A stretch of DNA of 63,599 nt, filler included, from Atractiella rhizophila (GCA_021432655.1; 9 parts of 6 records of this genome joined end to end with filler, not necessarily neighbours in it), one strand, 5' to 3'. Positions 1 to 12,864 are shown, numbered from the whole stretch's first letter. Numbers and translations: made by a program. Notes: generated by a model from the letters alone, not told the origin.

Positions 1-1236
1 CCACTCTGCAACGAATAGAAAAACTTTTAACGTGGATCCTATCGTCCACTTCTCTTCGTCCCAGTTAAGCCCATCACCATCAGACTTTGTCACCCATCGA
101 TCCTCCCCAAAGAACCAGCGTATGAAGTCTGGAAAATCGAGGAAGTCAAGCACACAGTACATGAGCTGGATCGATTTTATCGCCGTTGCATTTTTGAGAG
201 TGCCGAAGAACCGATGGTGAACGAGGTTTGAAGTTTCCTCACCTCCATCGAGATAAAGGATGGTCAAGTGTGTGAGGAGTGTTAAGTCTAACGGTGGCGG
301 AAGCATGATGGCCTTTCCATTGTCAGAGGGAGCGGCGAGCACTAGCCTAAGTTCTTCTAGAAGAGGCGGCAACGAGGAGCTTGAAATGGAGGGTGGGAGG
401 GGACATAAATGGACGAGAGTTAAGCGTAGCAGAGTGGCCGGGAGGGCGAGGGATTGGAAAGAAAGGCACCTTCGAAGATCTAGGTGGATTAGCCTAGGAA
501 ATAGTGGACCGCCTGCTGTCAAAGGGACAGTCGAGACGGAAGAAGAATCATCCACTCCGTACTCCTTGAGCTTTCTGATCCCCCCGCTCGTCCTCCACGT
601 AAAGTTTTCCACCTCCTCCTTCGTCCATTTTCTAGATCCCTCCATACCAAAGACAACCTCCTTCACTCCTTTGAAGCCAGAGATCGCATCCAACACCATG
701 TTTGCCTCCTCTTCATTCCAGAATGCGTCTAACCGCACTATAGTCACGCTCGGCGAAGCCTTGATGACCTCTTTCACCTTCCCAGCACTTGCATACTCAT
801 CAAGCCACAGATGCGTCCACAGTCGCCCAGCTCCTGGGTACCGTTGCAAGCGAGCATGCTTCTCTTTAACAGAAAGAGGTTCTCCCCAATAGGGAACTGA
901 AGTGATCCTCCAAAGTTGGCAGACGTCCGAGAGCTCTGAGCACTGGCGTGGATCATCTAGAAAATCGAATATGAGAGAGAGGATCTCGATGGGTAGATGT
1001 GAGAAGGAGCATCTGGCTGGAGTTTGGGGAAGTGAGAGCTGAATGGTGGCAGCGTCTTCATGGATGGATGGGGTGGGTGGTGTTGCGTCGTCGCCAAGGT
1101 AGATGAAGCCTCTAGAGGAGTATATAGCTATGGGGGCGAAGATGGCTAGAGAGCGAGTCTCTGGTGAGAGAAGAAATGTCCGAGTGAAGGGCTCTGAATA
1201 AAAGTTCGAATCGGCTGATGCAAGCGAGTCGCTCAT
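1..1236 (-). CDS. F-box domain protein with leucine-rich C-terminal part (runs off the window start)
   Basis: Hand translation from ATG at 1236 gives an open frame, MSDSLASADSNFY...FSHLPIEILSLIFDFLDDPRQCSELSDVCQLWR (F-box motif), followed by Leu-rich segments such as LIHLDLRRC and LEELRLVL. It is not in the supplied ORF track, probably because it has no stop inside the window. Confidence 0.75.
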   Translation of the reverse strand, partial: MSDSLASADSNFYSEPFTRTFLLSPETRSLAIFAPIAIYSSRGFIYLGDDATPPTPSIHEDAATIQLSLPQTPARCSFSHLPIEILSLIFDFLDDPRQCSELSDVCQLWRITSVPYWGEPLSVKEKHARLQRYPGAGRLWTHLWLDEYASAGKVKEVIKASPSVTIVRLDAFWNEEEANMVLDAISGFKGVKEVVFGMEGSRKWTKEEVENFTWRTSGGIRKLKEYGVDDSSSVSTVPLTAGGPLFPRLIHLDLRRCLSFQSLALPATLLRLTLVHLCPLPPSISSSSLPPLLEELRLVLAAPSDNGKAIMLPPPLDLTLLTHLTILYLDGGEETSNLVHHRFFGTLKNATAIKSIQLMYCVLDFLDFPDFIRWFFGEDRWVTKSDGDGLNWDEEKWTIGSTLKVFLFVAEW

Positions 1237-2046
1237 GCTAAAGGTTACTGCGATTTCATTCCAGTTCAAGGTGATGCAAAGATTCGCTACACCATTGCTT
1301 TCAACTCCGTTTTCGAGACACTCAATTGAGAAAGACGATAATCTGAACCGCACGAACGCAAAATCCCGATTCCCGAACCTTTGAGGAAGCAGGAAAGAGA
1401 TTCGGAGCGTGTGAATTGACTGAGGTAGGCAAGATAGGAAAGAGGGAAGAATGGAGAGCTGGATCGACAGGTTTCGTTTCGTTGGAGTGATGAGATGGAC
1501 TAGCGCAGTCGAGTGTGGTTCCTGTAGAGCCCATAAATCTATGTTAGAGGACGGAGGAAGAAGACAGTGACCAGATCACGCTGGTTTTGCCTCATGGCGC
1601 CACGAAACTTGAGCATTCGACGAAACCTGGACACTCGAAACTTGAACATTCGAACCATCTCGACCGTTCTCGGTAGGGAAGCTCAACACCTAACTCTTTA
1701 TCGCTTCATAAGCTTCGACGGATTAGACTCTGAGAGCACTGCTGGGAGAGAACTTTGAGAAGTACTGGAAGAACCGGCGAGACTGGCAATGCAACGGGCT
1801 GTTGGCGAGAGATTCTTCCTCAAAGTGCTCAGAGGCAAAAGAAGGCCCTGAGCAGCCGTGCGATTCTTTTCACGAGCTAAGATTGATGAGCAAGCCTTTA
1901 ATAAACGTAGACGTGCCTCAGTTGTGCATGGGCATCTGGCTGAGGCGATCACGTGAGAACCTGAGAGTTTGGCACGTTCTGCAGCACTGTATCGAAGAAA
2001 GTCTTGCGTTAGCGTTAGCCTATCCCACTCAACGAGAAGCGCGTGG

Positions 2047-4480
2047 ATGCTATCCTCCCCTCCACCGGCGTATAAATCCCTTCTTCCCTCAATCGTAACC
2101 TCCAGCACCTCACCACGAGCAAGCTACAGAACTCGCACCAGGACACTCGACGCGCTCGTGCTCTTCGCGCTTTCATTTCTAGAAACACATCTTACCGACA
2201 TGCTCATCCTTCTTTCGCTCGGCAGCTTCATCTTCAGCTCTTCTCTCATCCGCTTGTCCAACGCGAAGGCTGGTATTTTTAGCCGGATCGAGCAGTTGGA
2301 GAAGAATGGGGAGAAGAAGTTGAGCTATCCCACTCAGTTCACGCAAGACATTATTCCAAAGTTTATCCATTCGCATAACGATTGTATTGTCGCTGTTTCT
2401 ACTTCTGTGCCGATTCATGATTCAGTGAGGTAGATTGGAGAGAAGTTCCTCTCCTCACAGCTGTCTCCTATGGTGCAACCTCAGTACGTCACCGTTTACC
2501 CCGTCAATTATAACATGCTGAAAGAGAACATATGAAAAGGTAGAAGCGGACGTCTGGCTCCTCCCTGGCTCATCCACGCTCTACGTTGGTCATTCCTTGC
2601 TCAATCCTCTAATACAATCATAAGATCAAGATTCGGAACACAGGTCGCACACGAACCAGCCGCCATCACTCCCACTCGAACCTTCGAATCCTTATATCTC
2701 GAACCTCTCGCATCTATGGTCGCGGGACAGAACCCTACCAACCAAGCCGTGGAGCTGTACCAAAAGTCGTTAAAGTTTGTTTCCCTTCATAGCAACTTGA
2801 ATCAACGATAAATAACGAATCGATGCGTCTTTGATTGATAGTGGAGTGTTTGACACCTCTTCCGGTCAGACCCTCCAACTGCTCGTCGACCTTAAGACTG
2901 CAGGAAACGAGACGATGCACGCCGCCGTCTCCGCTCTCCAACCTCTCTTCGACAAAGGCTATCTCACATCATGGAACGGGACCGACCTGGTTCCAACAGA
3001 ACTCGCACCAGGACACTCGACGCGCTCGTGCTCTTCGCGCTTTCATTCCTAGAAACACATCTTACCGACATGCTCATCCTTCTTTCGCTCAGCAGCTTCA
3101 TCTTCAGCTCTTCTCTCATCCGCTTGTCCAACGCGAAGGCTGGTATTTTTAGCCAGATCGAGGAGTTGGAGAAGAACGGGGAGAAGAAGTTGAGCTATCC
3201 CACTCAGTTCACGCAAGACATCATTCCAAAGTTCATCCATTCGCATAACGATTGTATTGTCGCTGCTTCTACTTCTGTGCCTAATCATGATTCGGTGAGG
3301 TAGATTGGAGAGAAGTTCCTCTCCTCACAGCGGTCTCCTATGGTGCAACCTCAGTAAGTCACTCATTTACCGCATCACTTTTAACATGCTGAGAGAGAAT
3401 ATATGAACAGGTAGAAGCGGACGTCTGGCTCCTCCCTGGTTCATCCACTCTCTACGTTGGTCCTTCCTTTCTCAAACCTTTAGTACATTCATACGATCAG
3501 CATTCGGAACACAGGTCGCACACGAACCAGCCGCCATCACTCCCACTCGAACCTTCGAATCCTTATATCTTGAACCTCTCGCATCTATGGTCGCGGGACA
3601 GAACCCTACCAACCAAGCCGTGGAGCTGTACCAAAAGTCGTTAAAGTTCGTTCCCTTGCATCGCAACTTGAATCAACGAGAAATAACGAATCGATGCGTC
3701 TTTAATTGATAGTGGAGTGTTTGACACCTCTTCCGGCCAGACCCTCCAACTGCTCGTCGACCTCAAGACTGCAGGAAACGAGACGATGCACGCCGCCGTC
3801 TCCGCTCTTCAACCTCTCTTCGACAAAGGCTATCTCACATCATGGAACGGAACCGACCTGGTTCCAGGACCTATCACAGTTCGTCGCCCGCATCTTTTTT
3901 GTTCCTTACTCTGATCCTAGTTTATACAAGGTAATCGGGACGGGAAACACTAACCTCGCAGGCGTACTCTCTCTCCCGCTCCCCCGATTCTACTTCCTCG
4001 ATGCACCCTTAGGAGGTCTGAATGTCTCTGAAGAATATAAACCCGAGCTGTCCCCTATCGCTAGTGGGAGTTGGAAGCAACATGTGGGATGGAATGGGAT
4101 TGGGAAGCCGAGCGATTCTCAGCTGGAAGCTTTGAGGACGCAGGTGGGAGAGGCTCAGGGCAGAGGGATAAAGGCTAGGGTGAGTAACTCCAAGTGCAGG
4201 TGCGAATAGACAGGCTGAGAGTGTTTTGTAGTATTGGGAATGCCCTACTTGGCCGATACGTGCTCGTGCGTCCTTTTCACCGCTATTGTTACCGTTCCTT
4301 GACACTGAGTCCACGATACGATAGGTGATGCGGTATGGAATCTGCTCATCGATGAAGGGGTAGATTGGGTATGTCTCCTCCCTTTCATCATCCGTGATTA
4401 TGGCATTTGAAGAGGACAACACCTGATGAATCTTTGTGCAGATCAACGCGGACGATTTGGAGGCGGCGGCTGCACTCTAG
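2047..4480 (+). CDS. AIM6: AIM6-like PLC-like phosphodiesterase (spliced; interrupted by an 870-bp internal tandem duplication)
   Basis: Exons give IHSHND, VEADVWL, LYLEPL, QTLQLLVDLKT, GPITVIGTGNT, SPIASGSW, GIKARYW and WINADDLEAAAAL*. There is an N-terminal hydrophobic anchor. Confidence 0.75.
2126..3865. repeat. Tandem duplication of about 870 bp (2126-2995 and 2996-3865) inside the AIM6-like gene
   Basis: The sequence restarts at 2996 with ACAGAACTCGCACC, matching 2126. The copies differ by scattered substitutions and the junction is out of frame. Confidence 0.9.
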
Positions 4481-4895
4481 AGTATCTTATTGTATTTATA
4501 TGCTGCTAGCGAAAGAAATAATTGATGGGTGCCAGAGTCACGGTTATCAACGTTATCATTGTTCATGACGAAGGGCAGTGCTCACCGCGCAGAGCTAGAA
4601 ACATACCTGCGAGTTTCAAATAGAGTGAACGCGTTGTGCGGAAAATTATTTTTGATCAAAACTCTCACTAGGTCTTTTGCGCGTGTGACATGAACGCATT
4701 AAATATGCGACCTCTATTTCTTTACACAGAGATCATTGATCAATTGATCATGCATGCTTGAAACACAGACGTTCTAATTTAACACTCGACTGGCACCTAG
4801 CTCGAAGCCCATAGCTTCATTGGCCTAGGTCGGTATTAATTTTACGGTTTTCTGAACCTTCAAACTTCCTCATGCGCAACTATCTTGTACGATTT

Positions 4896-5351
4896 TCATC
4901 GCTGGAGTGGGAAGGCGGGATGCGGCCCTGAATATGGAATCGTCGGATGGTCAGGAGACTCTGAGTGGGATCGGATCAGTCGCTCAGGTGTCAATGGAAT
5001 CCAGCCTGCGATATCGTTGCAGAAGGAGAGGGACAAGGGGCAGAGGATGGGTTCGAATCCGATCCGTCCCTCGACAACAGGAGCATGAGCAAACCAGATG
5101 CGGATTTCAAGGCTGCAAGCGTACTCGTGGCTGTCCAGGCAGAAGGAGAAGCGATGGTGATGTGCAGATAAAGAAGAGGCAGAGGAGACAGAAGATGAGT
5201 TCTCGTGAGCCTTGATAAACACCCAATTCTCTTCCTTCCACCCCCAGTCCTTCGTCTTCCTCTCCTTTGTCTCGTCCTCCTTCGTCCGTTTGTTCTCCTC
5301 CGCCTTCGTCCATTTGCCTTTCGCCCACGCCTCCTTCTCCTTCGTCCTCAT
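4896..5351 (-). CDS. Hypothetical protein or fragment with a charged, Lys/Glu-rich N-terminus
   Basis: 151-aa ORF with no recognisable motif. Confidence 0.25.
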   Translation of the reverse strand: MRTKEKEAWAKGKWTKAEENKRTKEDETKERKTKDWGWKEENWVFIKAHENSSSVSSASSLSAHHHRFSFCLDSHEYACSLEIRIWFAHAPVVEGRIGFEPILCPLSLSFCNDIAGWIPLTPERLIRSHSESPDHPTIPYSGPHPAFPLQR

Positions 5352-5927
5352 CTATCGGTTCTTTGTCAGGTTGGTTTGCTCGTGAAGCTCGTAAGAGATT
5401 GGTGAAAAGGGTTAAATAAAGAATTCAGAAACTTCGTATTGAAAAACGAAACTCGACGGATATATTCCTCGAGAGTCCTATGTTTGCATAGAGTTTGGTT
5501 ATGAACCCGGTAAACCTAGGAGAGGGGTTCAAAGGCGTCCTTGCAATTGATGGCGGCGATGACTACGAAGAATTGAAAAACCGAAGTGCTTCAGAGCAAG
5601 TACGCTTTGCAGGTGAATGAAGGCTCCATCCTGTTGGCTTTGTTCTGTTTTGTATCCCAAAAGGTTACCGAAACTACAAGAATTTTATAATGTTGATTAA
5701 CGTCGAGTAATAGCGCATTCGTTTTGCTGATTCAGCCTGGCGTGTGATGCACGCGATGTATGAAAGCACAAAGTCAATTGTCTGGGGAAACGTGTAAGAC
5801 AAAGTAGTCGCCACATCGCAAGGTCGGGAGCGAGAACAATAAAGGTATGTTGCAGGGAAGTAGATACATTCTAGCGGTTGAGCAGAGGCAAGAAGTGCCA
5901 CGGTCTCTCCTAGCTCTCCTTGGAGAT

Positions 5928-6124
5928 AGTTCCTTGACACTGAATCCATGCTACGATAGGTGATGCGGTATGGAATTCGCTCATCGAGGAAGGAGTAGAT
6001 TTGGTACGTCTCCCTCTCTTTCCTCTTCTGTGTATCAGGCATCCGGGACGCTTGATGAAGCCAAATCTGACCAATCTTGTTGTAGATCAACGCGGGCGAT
6101 TTGGAGGTGGCGGCTGCACTTTAG
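5928..6124 (+). pseudogene. Partial copy of the AIM6-like 3' end
   Basis: Matches about 4294-4480 (last exons and intron) with substitutions. The upstream exons are absent. Confidence 0.75.
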
Positions 6125-6377
6125 AGTATCTTATTGTATTTATGTGCTGCCGACGAGAGAAGCAATGAGTTGGTATCAGGCTCTCAGACCCTCGCAGTCG
6201 TTGCCATCGTCGACGATTACCAAATGTGGCAGAGCTGGCTGGAGCAGTTCGAAAGTGGAAACAAGTTGTAACGCCTAGAGAATATCTACTCCACATCTCA
6301 GCACAGCCCACGAGAACAAAAACTCGGTAAACTGTGTGGAAACATCAACGGATACGTGTCATGTTGCAAATTCATCA

Positions 6378-6424
6378 GATAAATGTCCGACGTTTACTCA
6401 GAGAATAAACGTCGGACATTTATC
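6378..6424. promoter_or_regulatory. Perfect 19-bp inverted repeat about 100 bp upstream of F-box copy 1
   Basis: GATAAATGTCCGACGTTTA-ctcagagaa-TAAACGTCGGACATTTATC. The repeat is directly visible; a regulatory role is inferred. Confidence 0.5.
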
Positions 6425-6523
6425 ACTACGTCCTGTCAACATACTGTCCATCACGCACTCTATCTTCTACGAGGTCCTTTGGAGATGATGGAATATTTAT
6501 GAATCTTGAAACTTTGTTAGCCT

Positions 6524-8205
6524 ATGCCTGGATTATTTCGAGCTTTTCTAGCCCTTCCTCCTTCCTCGCTTTGGCTACATCTGCTACAGCCATTGGCTAA
6601 TTTCACGCACGATATGGATTTCATGGTGAAGAAGAGGATTGATCCTAATGTCATCGATAAATTTTTATGGACCATAATATCCGGCTTTGTGGTGGCGCTG
6701 CTCCTCTCTCGTCCTTTCAAAGTCAGCAAACGGCTCTTGAATGTGGGTCTTTCTCTGTTTCCCTCGTAGTGCAGCTCTTGATGGGCTCTCCCATGGGGTA
6801 GAGATGCTATCGCTTGTGTAGGCGACAGGTAGTAATTCACATTCTGCCGTATTTTACATCGCCATTGCGTCCTCCACATCGAATAAGGGCTGACGAGCTC
6901 GAAGTCACCGCCGATGGACGCAACAGTGTCCTGCCTCCAGAAATTTTGTTTCAAATATTCTTACATCTTCCTAAGGACGCACTTGCTTCTCTCGCTCATG
7001 TCTGCCTCTTTTGGCGCGCATCTGCTGAACGGGCTCTTTACCGTTCAATCCGCCTTCGGTCTCTGAAGCAATCCGTCATGCTTTATCACCACTTCAATCG
7101 GTATCCTTCCAAAGGATTATTTGTCACGCATCTAGATTTAAATTTAACATATTTTGGACAGTGCGGACATTCCGCTGGCAGATATGCACGCAGACTCGAG
7201 AGATTATTGGGGCAGTTGAAGGGCCTAAAAGAGGTCATCGTGAGCGATTCGATGGTTTGTTCCAACGTGGCACACCTTACGGAAAGGAGCGAAAGGGCCG
7301 TTTCCGCCTGTTTTATCCGTGTTTTGCAGGAAAACGTTTCGATTCTGAGGGTGGAGAAGATGGATCTTTTTCTGGCGAGAACCAACGTTCAATGGCCAGC
7401 AGGCCATGTCGCCCTCGATCTATCTTCGCCATCTGCTTACAATGAAAAAGTGGAACTCGCTACATTTCCATATCTGCGGGTTCTTAGGATTTCTGGACAC
7501 CCAGTTCACATACTGACCACGGCGCCAATACTCCTTCCCCACGCCTCTGGACTCAGCAAACTTTTTGTGCAAGGAGGAACCGACCTGGCGCTAATTTATC
7601 CACTGCTCTTCGGTTCCTGCAATACCCTTACAAGTCTTACCTTAACTGGTTACTTCTCTTTCAACCAAGCTCAAATCGATGATTTAGGATTGGCGCTTCG
7701 CCGCTGTGGATTTCTGCGTTTCATGAGATTGGAGCATAATTGGCTCTATGCAGCGATTTCAGACCTGGATAGACAAGTCCCAAACGTGTCTCCTTTGATC
7801 GAAGGAGTAACAGCTTCTCCGTTCTTGGAAGAGTTGATTGTCAAAATCGAACACACCCCGCCAGATCTCCTCGTCAAATCTCTCCCCCCATCACTCCGAA
7901 TCTTAGGTATATCTCTGCTCCCATCAATGCAGCCTCGATCCGTGCTGTCGCATCTTCGTACACGAATGTCAAGGCTTTCGAACCTCCAAACTCTTAAGTT
8001 GTATCCTACATATCGCCAAGCTGGCGAGTACTTGAAAGGGATTGACGCGGAGGCGGCTGGCTTGGGATTGGTGGTCAAGATTTATAGGTTAGATCATTTG
8101 GGCTCGGCTAAATGGTGGACATACCAGTTCAAGATGGATGATGAGCAGGAGGAGGAGAAAGACACAATGAGCGAACTGAGTTGGAGATGGTTCACGAAAT
8201 CGTAA
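6524..8205 (+). CDS. F-box/LRR-like protein, copy 1 (probable 5' exon 6524-6742 spliced to the main exon)
   Basis: F-box motif VLPPEILFQIFLHLPKDALASLAHVCLFWR, followed by LxxLxL repeats. The upstream exon joins in phase 0 via a GTGGGT...CGACAG intron and encodes a hydrophobic stretch, FLWTIISGFVVALLL. Confidence 0.75.
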
Positions 8206-9287
8206 TGAGTTGCCCCATCTTTTCTTTTGTTCCCCTATACCTTACGTGCCTCATACAATAAGGTGAATATACCAGAAAACAACAGTGCTGTTGTGAGACG
8301 GGAGATAATAAATGCATTCAGAAGTTTAAGGCGGCACTAGAAAGTACCAGGTAAAGTCACAAGAGCTGTACATGTGCACTCGAATGTGAGGGATCAAGCG
8401 ATCGATCAAGAATGGATTGCAACAATAAGGGATAATCGGCTTGAAGCCAAGTTAAGAATCACCGAAACGACCATGGCAACACACCCTTCTTCAAATCAAA
8501 GGAGAAACTACAGCACTTAATCATAGGAAGGCTGAAACGATTATTAGGTCTGCTGACGTTGGCATCACTTCTCAACTTTTCAGTCACACCAAATCCCAAA
8601 CTACCCATTCACCCATTCCTCAAAGTCCAGGACACCTCAAAAACGCGAATATATGTTTCAGGTCAACATTGGACCCTCGCGAACTACAAACTGAATATGC
8701 ATTCTCTCAACAAATCTAAAAGATTGTAATAACGACATAGTACAATAAAAAAACAGTAAACAAGTCACGTGATTCAATATTATTGAGGAGAACAGGCCAC
8801 AGGCCACGACGTCACTTCTCGAAACAGAACAAGCGAGAGAGAGCTGAAGTGCTGAAGGCCAAATTTAAGGAGACCTCTTTTATCGCAAGAGGTTTGTGTG
8901 CACATTGCTTTGTACCCTAACTTGCTCCTTTTAGGCTTGATGTAAGGAAACACACCTGTGAATTGATCGATCAGAGACGTTTGTTAGCCTTCGTTATAGC
9001 ACCGCCCAGGTACCTCTAAGGTCATATTTACTGCCGATATCATTGCGAACTTTCGTTGACTGGGCACGTCGTCGGTTCCTCGGACGTTGGGAGCCAAACA
9101 AAGACAACCAACCCCTCGTCATTTTTGCAACGTCGTTCCTTCCTTTCCCTTCGATTGCTACTAATCTTCCCAGGACTTCATTTCTCGCTTGGGCAAGTAA
9201 ATAACTGCAAAATGTATCGCTCAGACGTGCAACAGCGTCCAATGAGCAATGTCGTACGTCCTTCCTTTCCTTTGTTCCAGAAACAAT

Positions 9288-9859
9288 GATCATAGTTTAT
9301 ACAAGGTAATCGGGACGGGAAACACCAACCTCGCAGGCGTACTCTCCCTCCCACTGCCCCGATTCTACTTCCTCGATGCACCCTTAGGAGGTCTGAATGT
9401 CTCTGAAGAATATAAACCTGAACTGTCCCCTATCGCTAGTGGGAGTTGGAAGCAACATGTGGGATGGAATGGGATTGGGAAGCCGAGCGATTCTCAGCTG
9501 GAAGCTTTGAGGAGGGAGGTGGGAGAGGCCCAGGGGAGAGGGATAAAGGCTAGGGTGAGCATGAAATCTCCAGGTACAGGTGCGAACAGACAGGTTGAAA
9601 GTGTTTGTAGTATTGGGAATGCCCTACTTGGCCGATACGTGCTCGTGCGTCCTTTTCACCGCTATTGTTATCGTTCCTTGACGCTGAATCCATGTCACGA
9701 TAGGTGATGCGGTATGGAATCTGCTCATCGATGAAGGGGTAGATTGGGTACGTCTCCTCTCTTTTCATCCTTTGTGATTGTGGCTTTGAAGAGGACAACA
9801 CCTGATGGATCTTGGTGCAGATCAACGCGGACGATTTGGAGGCGGCGGCTGCACTCTAG
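9288..9859 (+). pseudogene. Third partial AIM6-like copy (3' exons from VIGTGNT to the stop)
   Basis: Matches about 3913-4480. Homology begins inside the intron preceding the VIGTGNT exon. Confidence 0.75.
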
Positions 9860-10114
9860 AGTATCTTATTGTATTTATATGCCGCCAACGAAAGAAGCAA
9901 TAAGTTGGTATCAGGCTCTCAGACCCTCCAGTCGTTGCCAGCGTCGACGATCACCAAATGTGGCAGAGCTGGCAGGAGCAGTTCGAAAGTGGAAACAAGT
10001 TATAATGCCTAGGGAATATCTACTCCACACCTCAGTACAACCCACGAGAACAAAAACTCGGTAAATTGTGTGGAAACATCAACGGATATGTGTGATGTTG
10101 CAAATTCATACCCT

Positions 10115-10158
10115 TAAATGTCCGACGTTTATTCTCCTAAATAAACGTCGGACATTTA
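10115..10158. promoter_or_regulatory. 18-bp inverted repeat upstream of F-box copy 2
   Basis: TAAATGTCCGACGTTTAT-tctcctaa-ATAAACGTCGGACATTTA. Confidence 0.5.
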
Positions 10159-10259
10159 TCACTTCATCCTGTCAACATACTGTCCATAACGCACTCTATC
10201 TTCTACAAGGTTCTTTGGAGATGATAGAATATTTATGAATCTTGAAACTTTGTTAGCCT

Positions 10260-11945
10260 ATGCCTGGACTATTTCGAGCTTTTCTAGCCCTTCCTACTTC
10301 CTCGCTTTGGCTACATCTGCTACAGCCATTGGCTAATTTCACGCACGATATGGATTTCATGGTGAAGAAGAGGATTGATCCTAATGTCATCGATAAATTT
10401 CTATGGACCATAATATCCGGCTTTGTGGTGGCGCTGCTCCTCTCTCGTCCTTTCAAAGTCAGCAAACGGCTCTTGAATGTGGGTCTTTCTCTGTTTCCCT
10501 CGTAGTGCAACTCTTGATGGGCTCTCTCCATGAGGTAGAGATGCTATCGCTTGTGTAGGCGACAGGTAGTAATTCACATTCTGCCGTATTTTACATCGCC
10601 ATTGCGTCCTCCACATCGAATAAGGGCTGACGAGCTCGAAGTCACCGCCGATGGACGCAACAGTGTCCTGCCTCCAGAAATTTTGTTTCAAATATTCTTA
10701 CATCTTCCTAAGGACGCACTTGCTTCTCTCGCTCATGTCTGCCTCTTTTGGCGCGCATCTGCTGAACGGGCTCTTTACCGTTCAATCCGCCTTCGGTCTC
10801 TGAAGCAATCCGTCATGCTTTATCACCACTTCAATCGGTATCCTTCCAAAGGATTATTTGTCACGCATCTAGATTTAAATTTAACATATTTTGGACAGTG
10901 CGGACATTCCGCTGGCAGATATGCACGCAGACTCGAGAGATTATTGGGGCAGTTGAAGGGCCTAAAAGAGGTCATCGTGAGCGATTCGATGGTTTGTTCC
11001 AACGTGGCACACCTTACGGAAAGGAGCGAAAGGGCCGTTTCCGCCTGTTTTATCCGTGTTTTGCAGGAAAACGTTTCGATTCTGAGGGTGGAGAAGATGG
11101 ATCTTTTTCTGGCGAGAACCAACGTTCAATGGCCAGCAGGCCATGTCGCCCTCGATCTATCTTCGCCATCTGCTTACAATGAAAAAGTGGAACTCGCTAC
11201 ATTTCCATATCTGCGGGTTCTTAGGATTTCTGGACACCCAGTTCACATACTGACCACGGCACAAATACTCCTTCCCCACGCCTCTGGACTCAGCAAACTT
11301 TTTGTGCAAGGAGGAACCGACCTGGCGCTAATTTATCCACTGCTCTTCGGCTCCTGCAATACCCTTACAAGCCTTACCTTAACTGGTTACTTCTCTTTCA
11401 ACCAAGCTCAAATCGATGATTTAGGATCGGCGCTTCGCCGCTGTGGATATCTGCGTTTCATGAGATTGGAGCATAATTGGCTCTATGCAGCGATTTCAGA
11501 CCTGGATAGACAAGTACCAAACGTATCTCCTTTGATCGAAGGAGTAACAGCTTCTCCGTTCTTGGAAGAGTTGATTGTCAAAATCGAACACACCCCGCCA
11601 GATCTCCTCGTCAAATCTCTCCCCCCATCACTCCGAATCTTAGGTATATCTCTGCTCCCATCAATGCAGCCTCGATCCGTCCTGTCGCATCTTCGTACAC
11701 GAATGTCAAGGCTTTCGAACCTCCAAACTCTTAAGTTGTATCCTACATATCGCCAAGCTGGCGAGTACTTGAAAGGGATTGACGCGGAGGCGGCTGGCTT
11801 GGGATTGGTGGTCAAGATTTATAGGTTAGATCATTTGAGCTCGGCTAAATGGTGGACATACCAGTTCAAGATGGATGATGAGCAGGAGGAGGAGAAAGAC
11901 ACGATGAGCGAACTGAGTTGGAGATGGTTCACGAAATCAGAATGA
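10260..11945 (+). CDS. F-box/LRR-like protein, copy 2
   Basis: Near-identical to 6524-8205. The main exon shows four amino-acid changes (P>Q, L>S, F>Y, G>S) plus one extra C-terminal residue. Confidence 0.75.
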
Positions 11946-12348
11946 GTTTCAATCTTTTCTTTTGTTCCCCTATACCTTGCTATAAAATCCCTCTTACAAT
12001 AAGGCGAATATACCAGACAACAAACGTGCTGCCGTGAGTCGGGAGAGAATAAATGCATTCAGAAGTTTAAGGTGGCGCTAGAAAGTGCCAGGTAAAGTTG
12101 ACTGGGGTCACGAGAGCTGTGCATGTGCACTCGAATGTGAGGGATCAATCGATTGATCAAGAATGGATTGCAATAATAAGGGATAGTCGGCTTGAACCCA
12201 ATTTAAGAATCACCGAAGTCAACGACCATGGCAACACAAACTTCTTCAAATCAAAGGAGAAACTACAGCATTTAATCATGGGAAGGCTGAAACGATTATT
12301 AGGTCTGCTGACATTGGCATCACTTCTCAACTTTTCAGTCACACCAAA

Positions 12349-12864
12349 TGTAATACGAATAACATAAATGAGCATTCTTCGTACCTTATGAGTCACTTCT
12401 CTTTTCATCGCAGTGTTGCTTCCGTGACCCCTTTCTTTCCCTCACACACAACCACCATCACGTTGAGCTTGCCTGTACTGAGGTATAGCTAGTGCTGTGT
12501 GTGAGGTGAGTACCTTCTCTCATTAGTTACGCTGTGCTCATTCAAGCACGCTTTGAAGGTTTCCTTTCTCTTCTCTGCGAGTTCGACATACCCCTCGTTT
12601 CTAAAACACTCGAAGAGGGTCTGTACTCTTCTTTTTGACCCTCTTCTCTGCTTACTTAGTCCATGCTATTTTAGGGCTTTGCCAAAGCCTTCTCTGCTGT
12701 CCCCAGCTCCAAAGACTCTTCGAGTGTTTTAGGTATGTTTGTCTCGCTTATACTTATATCTTATGCTATTGTTCTTATACTATGCAAACTCATGTTTTAG
12801 ATTATCTTATTTCGAACTCCCGCCACTATCAGGAGCCTTGCCAGCTTCTTGTAGTCGCGTTACA
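12349..12864. mobile_element. Solo LTR, 516 bp, with 5-bp TSD CCAAA
   Basis: TGTAA...TTACA termini are flanked by CCAAA at 12344-12348 and 12865-12869. The paralogous site near 8589 is empty (CACACCAAATCCC). Confidence 0.85.
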
